Assembly: GCF_001194135.2 (NCBI RefSeq)
Contig: NC_068995.1
Span: 15,036,227 to 15,100,226 of the forward strand
Origin: Octopus bimaculoides
Taxonomy: Eukaryota
Reading direction: 5' to 3'
Length of the DNA stretch: 64,000 nucleotides
The notes beneath the pieces are model-generated. The model saw only the letters and a program-made list of their open reading frames with translations. It searched no databases and was not told the origin of the DNA. Positions 39,601-52,300 of the stretch are shown here, piece by piece. Position numbers and translations under genes: made by a program. Position 1 is the stretch's first letter, and each line of letters begins with the position of its first letter.

Positions 39601-42600
39601 ACTGCATAGGGATACAGAAATATTCAAGATGGGAAAGGAGTGCTTTATATCCTCTTTGGGAATTATAAACCCCTAATTCTTGATAGAACACATGTTTAGG
39701 TGAGGGGTTGATAGAGCTCCTTAACTGCCCCTCTAGAGACAACCTATCTGAACTGTCTTGCAGAGGAGCCAAGAAAGACAAAGATTTAAGAAATACATAC
39801 TGAGAGAAAAGCAAGCTGTGGTGGTCGGCTTTAATGGCAGTTTGTGACTGACTAGATTTCTGGCTGTTTCCTTCAGCTACAGGGAGGAGGTACTAGGTAC
39901 AGGGAGGGGTCACACTTGATACTAGATCAAGCCCTTTCACAGTAAAGGTAATGATACAGGAGAATGACCATCCTTTATAATTCTACTATAAAACATCATT
40001 GTTCATGTGCCTTCTCCTGTAATGAGGATCATAGATCTTTAGAGAAGTCAATATCATTATGAGTGAGCCAAGATGACTAATTTCTCCTCTTTAAAGCTGC
40101 AGGAAGTTGCCAAAAGTCTACTCAGCCAGAAAGCGCATTGAAGCTGACCCCCACAGCTTGTTTTTTCTTTCTGAGTGTATTCTGTCTTTCTGGACCCTAA
40201 CTGTTATATGGACTGTTAGATTTGTTTGTTGTTCGTCTGAAGTCCCATATTTCAATGTGGTTCGTCTGCGGTCCCTGTTTCGTTGCTGTTTTGAGTGACT
40301 GTCGAGGTTGAATGTTATTGGGATATATATGGCGAGGAAGACATTCTTGTTTCTTGATAACTAACATTCGGTGAGTGAGTTCTTTGTTTATAGTTAATAA
40401 ATAAATGTGATAACTAAGTTGTACAACTCGTGTTTTCTCTGCAAGTTTTCGAGAGGAATACAACACTAACCCTAACTCTAACCTGCAAGATAGCAAGCTA
40501 GTGCGGATAAGTTTCTCCTCTATTGTTAAGAAGCCTTATCTACCCATCTCTTAGACACAAATATTCTGGTGACAATTAGTGGTCTTATAATGCTTATTCC
40601 TCATCTTGAGTATTTCTAAATTCCTGGGCACTACCCCCAAATAGTTAACTCTATGTTGGATCCATACATCCTTTTGACAGGTTTAGTTAGGGCATATCAT
40701 CATCATCATCATCGTTTAACGTCCGCTTTCCATGCTAGCATGGGTTGGACGATTTGACTGAGGACTGGTGAAACCGGATGGCAACACCAGGCTCCAATCT
40801 AATTTGGCAGAATACACAACAATGATAATGAAATAGTGCCACTGCCATTGTTTCATTGTTCTATACAGTAAGTGTAGCATAAGTGGGATCAATTGCATTC
40901 CCCCAGATGTCTGTGTGACAGAATATTTTGTTGCTGGTCTTTCACCCTTTAGCATTCAGATTACTCTGTCAAATGTAATGCTTATTTATTTGTGTTGTTT
41001 TGAATTAATCATGTGTTATCTCGTAGCTTTGAGATTTTAATGATGTGACTGTTTATTTACAGAGTGACATTGTAGAGCAGGTATGAGAAGCCAGATCTGA
41101 CTGGTTTGATCATAAAACGATCAGAATATTTGGGTTAGATATGGTCGGTTTAAGTGCTAAAGGGACAAAAAGTACAGTCGTCAAAGACCCAACAATTAAA
41201 GAAAAAATGAGCTGTTCAAAGGATCCACAGTTCAAAGAGAAGATGGCTCTCATCAAATCCAATGACCAACATGAGCAAGCAAGACACACAAACACACACA
41301 TACACACACAGAGTGTTCAACGCAATGAATTATTATAACTCACACCCTAACAGCTCTGGCAAGGTTTCCACTTTCGAACCTTGATTCAAACTGTAATTCT
41401 GTTGCAGCTAAATAGGTTACATTTTGATAGTTGTTGGTGAAATCGGAAGTTTCTGGATCGCAAGGCAGGGCCTTTATTAAATACAAATTACAAACAAAAG
41501 TCAATTTTTTAAACTTACAACTTTATATCAGGACAAAGATTACTTTTAAACTCTTTTGTGTAATTTCCCAGGATTGATACATCACCCATATCAGATTTGG
41601 TATCAGAATATTTATTGTAATGTTCTTTGAGACAGTGGAGATCCAATGAGGCAGGTGCTTCAAAAACAATTTGAACCTAGCTATAATAAACATCATCATC
41701 ATCATCTTCATCATCATCCTTTAATATTTTCCATGTTGGCATGGGTTGGATGCTTTGACCAGAACTGGCAAGCCGGTGAGCTGCACCAAATTCCAGTCTG
41801 ATTTCGCTTGGGTGTCCTTTCTAAAACTAACCACTTTACAGAATGGACTGGGTGCTTTTTATGTGGCACCAGCACTAGTGAGGTCACCAAGTAACTTGCG
41901 AGATAAATGTAGGTCCCTCGACTGAGAGGGGGAAGTGGTATTGAGGGAGGTGGCTTTGTGTCAGGTGATGAGAGGAATGATAGAGAGACAATAAATGGTT
42001 ACCCTGATTGGAGGGGGAGAGTGGGAAACAGAGAGGAGGAGAATGGGAAATAGTGAGAGATAGTGTTGTTGTGCCAGGGTTTATTCTCAAGGTATAAGGA
42101 GGTGAATGTAAATGGAGTGTGTGAGCAAGAAGTTCATGAGAGTGCAAAGAGGGAGAGAGGAGTGAAGGGAGAATGCAATGAGTAGTGAAATATAGGTATA
42201 TAGAGGAGCAACAGGACACCAATGATATAGTTGTAAGAGGAAGGATAGGAGAATGAGAGAGAGAGATGACAGAGCAGCACTGGGCTGCAGGAATTGGGGT
42301 GCAGGTGGGTGGGTGAGACGAGCATAGTGTATGAAGAAAAGTAGTTTGGTTCGTTGGGGTGGGACATGTGAATTAACGCTATGAGGGAACAGACCTGATG
42401 GAAAATAACAGATGAGAAGAGGTAGAGATCAGATGTTGAAGATGCACAGAATGACTTGCATTTCCTAGTCCCCCACCAACTCTCCCTGCAATAAATGACC
42501 CTGGCTTTTCTATACTGTTCTGGGCCTGAATAGCCCTTTTAGACACTGGCACCCTTTGCAACCATCAAGTTGAAGAGGCTCAATCACCGGTTACAGATTG

Positions 42601-45600
42601 GCTACTCAAATATATGTTAACACTGCTGACAATAGGTGGAATACACAGTGCTTTCAGTAATCAGCTTTGCTAAAGCAAGTGGATCTTCTCAAGCACCTCA
42701 TATTAGACATCTCAGTCCATTGTCATCTCTCAGTGAGGCACAACATCTTGAGATCAGCCCTCACTACTTCATCCCATGTCTTCCTGGGTCTCCCTATTCC
42801 ACAGGTGCCATCCACTTTAAGCATTTGGGAGGTAGGCAACAACTGCAGAGAATGGTTAGAGCTGAAGAGTAGATGCAAGAAGTGATGTGTGCGTGTGCGT
42901 ACCATTGTCTAGGCATCATGGAAAGGTACTAAATGAACATCATCATCATCACACTAGCAAGGTTGTGCATTTCCAGTTTTCTGCGAAAAACCTGCCTAGA
43001 TATGGGATAATATTGCTCACTAGGAAACAGAAAGGGCATCCAGTTGTAGAAAATCTGCCTCAACAAATTCCATCTGACTCATGATGATGGTGATGAAACA
43101 TTTAGTTCCACTGATAATAAATATATCAGTTTATAAGCCTAAGGTGCAGGACTGTCATTAATTTCAACATTAATAAAGGGCTGTGATCAATATACTGCAA
43201 TGTGGCAAAATAACAATATTACAATGAATTTAATTATCGTATTTTAATGTGTATAAGGAACCCTCATGTATAAGGAATCTCCTAATTTGGAGATTTGAGG
43301 TTTGAAGAATTAAGTAATTTATTAATATCTATAATCTACACTCTCGGAGTGGTTGGCGTTAGGAAGGGCATCCAGCTGTAGAAACTCTGCCAAATCAGAT
43401 TGGAGCCTGGTGTAGCCATCTGGTTCACCAGTCCTCAGTCAAATTGTCCAACCCATGCTAGTATGGAAAGCGGACATTAAATGATGATGATGAATACTAT
43501 CCATGTATAAGAAACTCCCATATTTTTTAAGCCTAAATTTTGACAAAAAAGGGTTCCTTTTACATGTTAAAATACGGTATATCACATATATCAAATTTAG
43601 GCGGTGAGCTGACAGAATTGTTGGCACATCAGTTGAAATGCTAAGCAGTATTTCATCTATCCTTATGTTCTGAGTTCAAATTCTGCTGAGGTTAACTTTT
43701 CCTTCCATCCTTTTGGGGGTTGATAAAATAAGCACCAGTTGAGCACTGGGGTCGATGTAATCAACTTAACTACTGAGTATGAGTATAAAAACTGCACCCC
43801 TCTGCCAAGCCATGTCAAGCCAGTGTGACAGTGTAGGCTCACCAAGCCAGTATAATCTGAAGTTCAAATTCACAGCCTCTACACCAAACCATAGTTGGTG
43901 GAGAGAACATGATGAGGCCCTTGTCCAGCAGTGGACTGAACATCGGCAATCCAATATTAAATTTTAACAATGCTATTTCATAGTTTTTACATTTATCATG
44001 TTTAACAGTTGAGAGTGACATCAGTTAAGAACTAACATCTATAGTTACCTGATTTTTGGTGGGGGTAGCTGAGTGGAAATTTTATAAATGAGTTGAAAAT
44101 TTTAGTGAAATGCATGGCCAGTAATACTGATATTTTTAGAAACTTACGTCAGCATTCAGCATTCTTTTATTTTCAAATACAACTTTATTGGCTTTCAAAT
44201 TACTTCTAACCCCTGGCATATCTTCCAACCCAGCTGCAAAAAAAAAACAACAAAAAAACAAATAAAAAGTGATATATTATATATTAGGTCATTCCATAAG
44301 TAATGTCTGGATTTTAAATAAAGAAAACAAGTGATCAAATCTTACATTTTAATGAAGCTTAATTGTCAATATAGTTTCCATAATTATATCTATTACATCT
44401 TCCCATCTACACATAAGCTTTTTAATCCCATTAATGCAAACTCATTTGGTTTCCAAGAGAAGAACTCTGAAAGGCCAGTTTCAACTTCCTCAGTTGTTTT
44501 GAGAGTTAGTTCATCCAAATGATTCTGTAAACTACAGAACAAATGGTAATCTGAAGGAGCAAAGTCTGGGGAATAAGGCAGATGAGTAATTTTTTCCCAG
44601 CCAAGTTCCTCAATCTTCTGTAACATGATCTTTGTAGAGTGGGGGTCTTGCATTGTCCTGATGAAACACCACTCCCTTTTTATTCACTAAAGCAGGCTTC
44701 TTTTTTTCTTCAAAGCAGCATTCCGACGCTCTAATTGCTGACAGTAGATTTGAGCATTAATTGTTGCATTAGCTGGTAGCAACTCAAAGGGGGTGACTCC
44801 TTTGCAATCCCACCAAACAGAGAGAAGAACTTTTTTCACATGGAGTTCCTTTTTTAGTTGTGGCTGGGCCTTTTACCCTTCATAAAGCCAATGTCTACAA
44901 CACTTAACATTTTGATGAAAAGCTCTATTTTTCATCACCAGTCACCAGCCTGTCCAAATAGGGTGAGATGAGTTCATAAGAATCAAGTGAAGAGCAGATG
45001 TCCACTCGGGATTTGAAGTTGGCTTCAGGCAAATCATAAGGCACCCATTTTCCGAATTTTGGTACCTTTCCAAGCTGTTGAAGATGGCAGTGAACAAAGC
45101 TTGCTTGCTAATTCTTCAACTGAAACTGCCTGATCTTTTTCAAATTCTGCCAAAAGGAGATTGTCATCAAACTCAATTGGACGTCTTCTTCAGGCCTCAT
45201 CTTCAAGGCTGAAGTCTCCACTTCTGAATTTTACAAACCATCTTGTGCATGTTCTTTTATTCAGGGGTTAGTAGCCCGCGCTCTTAACCACTACACCATA
45301 TGCCCATGGGCATATGGCGTAGTGGTAATAATAATAATAACATTGAAAAATACCTTAGGAATGAGAACCCAGGTTCGAAATTTCCCCAAGACGCCTGATG
45401 AAAGCTGGAGGGTATATCAGCTGAAACGTTATGTTAACAACAAACAAGATGAGGACAAATATCCATCGAATGTGAATAACGAGTAAGAAATAAGGGTTCT
45501 AATTTAGAACTGTTTTTGTTCTTACTTTGTTGATAGAAAGGTTCAGGGTTGACTGGTACAATGCATAAATGCCTGATATGGCTGGTTTTGATTTCAAGTC

Positions 45601-48600
45601 CACGTGGCCTGCGGAAAACAGATATGAACATATTGTTAGGAATTATTTGAAACAAGTGGAAAATACAATATAAAAGAAGTGGAGAATATCTCATCTATTT
45701 AACAATATTCCCTTATGGTGATATTGTTTCCTCAAATTCTGTATACATATATATTTTTCTTTTTCATTTTATTTTATTTGTTTCAGTCATTTGACTGTGA
45801 CCATGCTGCAGCACCACCTTTAGTCGAACGAATAATCGAGCCCAGGACTTACTATACACAATAATACAAACTTGGATATCCGTCCATCCATACACACATA
45901 TGGCTGTTCAGTTCTAGTAAATTTCACTCACAAGTTGTTAGTCAACCTGAGGCTGCAATAAAAGATACTTGCCCAAAGTACCACACAGTAGCACTGAACC
46001 TGAAACCATGTGGTTGGGAAGCAAACTTCTTTACCACACAGTCATGACTGGGCCTATGACAAGCATCATAAATCAGTTAACAGTAGTGTTAACATTTGAA
46101 CTCACAACCAACTAATCACTGGTCAAACTTTTGAATTCACCATTTGTTGGGGGGCAATAACGAGCAATATAAATATAACAATACATGCACACGCACCCCC
46201 TCCCCTCAAACTAACAAACCAAATGGAATATATAAAAACACAACTGACCATCGAGCTTCACTCTGAGCACCTAATAACTGAGACATAAAATGTAAATCAC
46301 GAGGTTCCTGAAGTTTGAGAATCTGTCGAGCAAAGAAAAACATTGTTGAAAGATTTTTAAAAATTTTCTACTCAGGAATACAAATACAATCTTATGAATG
46401 AGAACAAAAAAAAAAACAAAAAAAACATATATAGTCACTTTTACATAGTATTTTCATCAAACAGAAATTTAAAAACCTTTGTAATAAATAAGCAAAAAAA
46501 AAAAAAACAAGAAAATTGCAGCAAAGCTGCATGCTAGTGGTATCAGACGTAGCATGCAGACCATCATATAATTTGTTTTATTAGTCTCTTCCATTTTATG
46601 AATTCAGTGTGTACATGCACATTGCATGTTCATACTTTTCTTTCTGGTTCCTCCTAAAAACTGTTACAGATCACAACCATCTCACAAACCTGCGTTTGTG
46701 ACAAGTGCTTTATGCTCCAATAGTTGTGAAAAAATGGATCTTATTTCTATGGATCTTTCTTTCTTATTCCTTAATTTCAAATTCAAACTTCTAATCCTAC
46801 CAAATATTATGAAGAAATGATTTTCTTCCTTGTACTAGGGGACACCACATGTTTGACAAAAACCTTTTCTGTTATATACAGCTGTATTTGAATTTGGATA
46901 ACTCCTGTCCTAATAGTTTTATTACATATTTGTCAAAACCAACTGAGTCAGGAAGTTTGAATGCTGAGTATTCTAAAAGCCCATGGATAATATATTATTA
47001 TATAAGAAAGACATCTAGTCTTTTTCTTTTTGGAGTGTGTGAGGGGTGTACTGTCTTAAAAACACAAAAGACCATGAATAACACACCATAAATATTGATA
47101 ATCTGCTAAAAAACAATCTACAAATTAACAGAGCTTTATTACATTATAGTATGTTAAAAATAAATATTATCAACATTAGCAGTATTAATACCAAAAGGCA
47201 ATCTTTAAAGGTATTAACAATGCTTTCATTGCTAATATTTAGTTTTAAAAAGCCTGCTGGCTATTTGTAACACCAGTGACTGAAAAGTCAGTTATTCTAC
47301 ATATATTGTTAATGAGATTTGACTGTCATGCAGTGAGTAGATGCCTACCACTGAGGAAGTGCATGTATGCTAAAATTACATGATCTGGCAGTTCTGGTGC
47401 TCATGCTAGATGGTTGTCATCTGCTAACAATATACATCTGTGCTCTTAACGCTGTATGTCTATATGAGAGGATCTATCAAGTCAAATACCAGAGTAATAT
47501 GGTGTTCCAATAATACATCCACATTAGGGTGGGTATAAAGTTTACTTATTGTAAAACTTAGCCTAAAGACATGTCTTATATAGACCCTTATATTTTCATT
47601 GTTCATTTTTGTATTTAGTTTGCAACATTCTTGATGTGAACTCATGTGTTGAAACATATTTAATTGTATTTCTGGAAGGTCATTATGAAAACCTAAAGTT
47701 GAGAGGCCATGTAATCAAAGAGGTTGTGAAGGACTATGAAAGGATTTTAAGGAACCAAGCTGACTGACTAATTGATTGATGGAATGATTAATCAAACAAT
47801 CGATTAATCAACTGGTTAAAATGGTTAACCAACTGACAAATAAAAATAAAGTGAAACAGAACCAGTGTATGTGTCTATTATTGGATAAATAATCCTCCCA
47901 AGATACAACAAAAAGGATATATTATATATGAAATTATAGGGTAACTTATATACATCTACCTATCCATACATGCATATGTGTGTGTGTGTATTATTTAAAT
48001 TTTATGGAACTAAAGTAACTGAAGCTCGTCTTTAGAGTATTCCATTAATTTGTGGCATTTAGCTTTATCATACATAGATATTGATTAGTCTTTGATAAAA
48101 AAGCCATACACAAAATTTGTAAGGGAAAGACTGTAGTCAACTGAATAAGCCTAAGGCATGTAATTTTTTTAATGGTCTCAGAAAGGTGAAAAGTGACATC
48201 AAACACAACAGAATTTAAATTCAAAAGAATTAACAGACATAACGAAATGCACTAAGGTATGTATGAATACATACATACATGTATGTGTCTATATACACAC
48301 ATTCATATACATGTATATGTATCTATATACATACATACATATACATATATATGTATCTATATAGATACATACAAGGGGGTGCTGAATAGGTTCTGGCTTT
48401 AAAGATATTGCAAAAGGCCTGGATGGAGGTCCAACCTTTTAACTTCTTTTACAGAGCTTAGAAAAACTGAAGGACTGCTGTAATAAGCGTGTGAATCTGA
48501 GAGGGGAATATGTTGAATAAAAGTATAATCAACTGATCCTCCAATATTTTCTTTTACCCAAAGCCAGGAACTTTTCAGCACACCCTTGTACATGCAATTA

Positions 48601-49300
48601 TATGTCTACACACACACACACACATTTATACATTCATCCATCCATACATGCATAGATTCATACATGCATATCACGACTGCTGTTGCTATTCCTCTGTTCT
48701 TTCCTGTATAAACATTTAGACATTTGGCACCATTCTCAAAGACATCTCAACAGATAAACAAAAGACCTTCTGTTGCTGAGGAGAACCATGTAAGTTGTAA
48801 ATAAATATAATCAATAAAGGACAATTCAACAGCATCCAACGCCACAAATATAGAGATATATGAGAAGTGAATATTACAGGAGTTGCTGAAGCATAAATGG
48901 CGTGTCAACTTGGAGATGGCAGATGATTCTCAACTGGTGTTTTGCAGTTTTTTGTAATTCTCTTTCACATGCTTCTGTGTTTTTGCCCCCATGTCATATA
49001 AATATTAATTTCAACTTATGGCACAAGGCCATAATATTTTCCAGGAGGTGTCTACAGTTCTGGTATTTGAACTGTACTAAATCCATCAATGCCAGAAGGA
49101 TGAAATTTTGAGTAAACTCCACAGGGATTTGAACACAGAACATAATTAAAATAAATAATCCAATATATGCAAGATTTGGTGCACTGCCAATACCTAAATT
49201 CACGGCCATCTATCTTTAGCATAAAAATTGGTTTCAAATTTTGGTACAAGGCCAGCAATTTTGAAGGAGTGGATATGTTAGATGTTGATGATGTTGATGT

Positions 49301-49331
<31 letters not shown>

Positions 49332-52300
49332 ATGACATATTCTTAAATATGTAAGGCTGTACAATTATTTAAACCTGACCATTTTCCCTTCTGCTTGTGT
49401 TGAAATGAGTTGTGTTGTTCCTTGTATTCCATTTTTGAACTTGTCTGTAAATAAAATAAAGGAAATCAGTTGAGTAAATGACAAGAAAGTTATTATGTTT
49501 TAGCATGAAGGATACTGTCTATAGTCTATAGACAGAGTTCATAAGCCAGAAGAAAAGATGTATGATACATGTATGTGCATTTGGGAAGGAAAGACAGCAG
49601 ACTTCAGAGTGAAAACATGCAACGTTTGGCACTGAGTTTAACTGTTTTCATACCAACCAGTCTGAGAGTGGAAGCATGTGGATTAGTGGTTAAGCTGTTG
49701 GACTTATGATCATAAGATTGTTGTTTTGATTCCTGGAACAGGTGACATGTTGTGTTCTTGAGCAAAACACTTCATTTCATGTTGCTCCAGTCTACTCAGC
49801 CAGCAAAAGAGAGTAATCCTGTGACGGACCAGCATCCCATCCAGGTGGGGAATTTATACATCATGGAAACTGGGAAACCAGTGCTTATGAGTCAGTATGA
49901 CTCAGAGAAAGTAACTTTACCTTAACCAGTCTGAGATCACCCTTGGTTCTATGATACAAGCATTTTGTTGTTAAATGGTCTAAAATTTAATATTAATATT
50001 AATTTGTGTTTCAAAGGCGGTGAGCTGGCAGAATCATTAGTACGCCGGGCGAGATGCTTCATGGTATTTCGTCTGCCACTACGTTCTGAGTTCAAATTCG
50101 GCTTAAGTTGACTTTGCCTTTCATCCTTTCAGGGTCGATAAATTAAATACCAGTTGCATACTGGGGTCAATCTGATCGACTGGCCCCATCCCTCAAAATT
50201 TCAGGCCTTGTGCTAATAACAGAAAGGAATATTAATTTATGTTTCAAACTTTACATTAATAATGGTTTCAAATTTTGGCACAGGGATAGCAATTTGTGGG
50301 GAGGAAGTTAGTCAATTTCATCAACCCCAGTACTTAACTGGTACATATTTTATCAACCTCGAAAGGATGAAAGGCAAAGTCAATCTTGGCCAAATTTGAA
50401 CTCAGAATGTAAAGACAGATGAAATGTTGCTAAGCATTTTTCCCAGGGTCTTAACAATTCTACCAGCTTGCTGCCTTAAACTTTACATTAATAATAATTT
50501 CAAATTTTGGCACAAAGCCATTCATTTCGGAGGAGGGGTTAAGTCAATTGCATCAACACCAGTGCTCAAATGGTACTTATTTTATCGATCCCGAAAGGAT
50601 GAAAGGAAAAGTCAACCTCATCAGGATTTGAACTCAGAATGTAAATATGGATGAAATACCACTAGGCATCTTGCTTGGTGTGCTTAACTCATTAGCATTT
50701 AAGCTAGTCATATCTGATTAAAATACTCTGTCCAATACATGTTCAAAACTGGTCATATCCAGTCTCTCACACTTGTCATGGAGGTATATGGCTTAGTGGT
50801 TAGGGTGTTGGACTCATGATGATAAGACCGTGGTTTTGATTCCTGGACTGAGCAACGAGCTGTGTTCTTGAGCAAAACACTTCATTTCACATTGCTCCAG
50901 TCCACTCAGCTGGCAAAAATGAGTAACCCTGTGACAGACTGGTGTCTTGTCCAGACGGGGAATTTATATGCCATGGAAAACAGACCTTATGAGTCGCCAT
51001 GACTCGAGAAGGTAACTTTACCTTATCTTATTTTTACCACATACCTGTCCAACAATACCACGCTTAATATAAACCACCACAACACTGAAATCTCAAAATA
51101 ACACATGATTAATTCAAAACAATGAATAAATAAGCATTACATTTGGCAGAATAATCTGAATACTGAAGGGTTAATGTATCTACAGTGATGTAATCCTCTG
51201 TCTTACCCTTTACATTTTAGACATGCAACATCCAAAATAAACTTTTTTTTTCTGAAGGCTTTGGAGACTAGTGGCAGGGAAGAAGGTAGTCCTTCTCAGA
51301 CCAGAAGCCTGGCTATGAATGCTTGCTGCAGAGTGAACTCTGCCTAACCCTTTAGCATTCAGATTATTCTCTCAAATCTAATGCTTGTTTATCCATATTG
51401 TTTTGAATTAAGCCTGCATTATCCTGTGGCTTTGAGATTTCAATGATGCAATTGTTTATTTTCAGAATAACATTGTAGGGTAGGGGTGAGAGGCCGGATA
51501 TAGCCACTTTGAACATAAAACAAGTAGAATATTAGGGCTGGATAATGGGTAAAGACCCTTTCAGTCATGAATGACCATAGGATTGCACCTAGGAAGTTCC
51601 CCTGCAAGGCACAAGACCAGCAGTCGCCCGTGCATACCAGCGTCCCCTCTCCATGTCACCAATGTTATCCAAGGGAAAGGCAAAGGCAGATATAGCTTGG
51701 CACCAGTGATGTTGCAACTCATTTCTACAGCTGAGTGAACTGGAACAATGTGAAATAAAGTGTCTTGCTCAAGAAAAGCACAACACACAGCCCGGTCTGA
51801 GAATCAAACTCACTACCTCATGACTGTGGGCCCCGTGCTCTAACCACTTTTTAGGGATGGATTGGCTGGTTTAAACACTAAAAGCTTAAGGCACTTGAGG
51901 ACCAAGCAATTGTGTTAAACCAAGTAAAAAATAAAGCCTACCACTACAACCACTGCTGCTGTCATTGTCATCATCATCCTATTTTACTATAATGGTGAAA
52001 CAAGTGATATAATTTGAGAAAGAACAATAGAATATCAGTGTGTGTGTCCGTGTGTGTATGTTTCTGTGCATGTGTTTATGTGTACCCTAGACTTGACATC
52101 ACATGACAGTTGTAAATGAGCATCACTGTCATACAAGCAAAACCATGTAAAAGCATCTGTGCGGTGCCACATAAAAGCACCAGTTGATAGAGGAAGCCAT
52201 CTGTGTTTTACAGGCAAATTTGGATACATACAATCTACTCCAGTCCATATATTCTACCTGTTTCATGTTAAAACTGGCCAAATATGGCCTCTCGCATCTA

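Noticed and set aside
47460-47668. Exon-like open frame with a cttccag acceptor
   Set aside because: AGBL exons 49380 and 46322 join in phase without it, and similar sequence recurs near 53950-54010, so it is probably a repeat.
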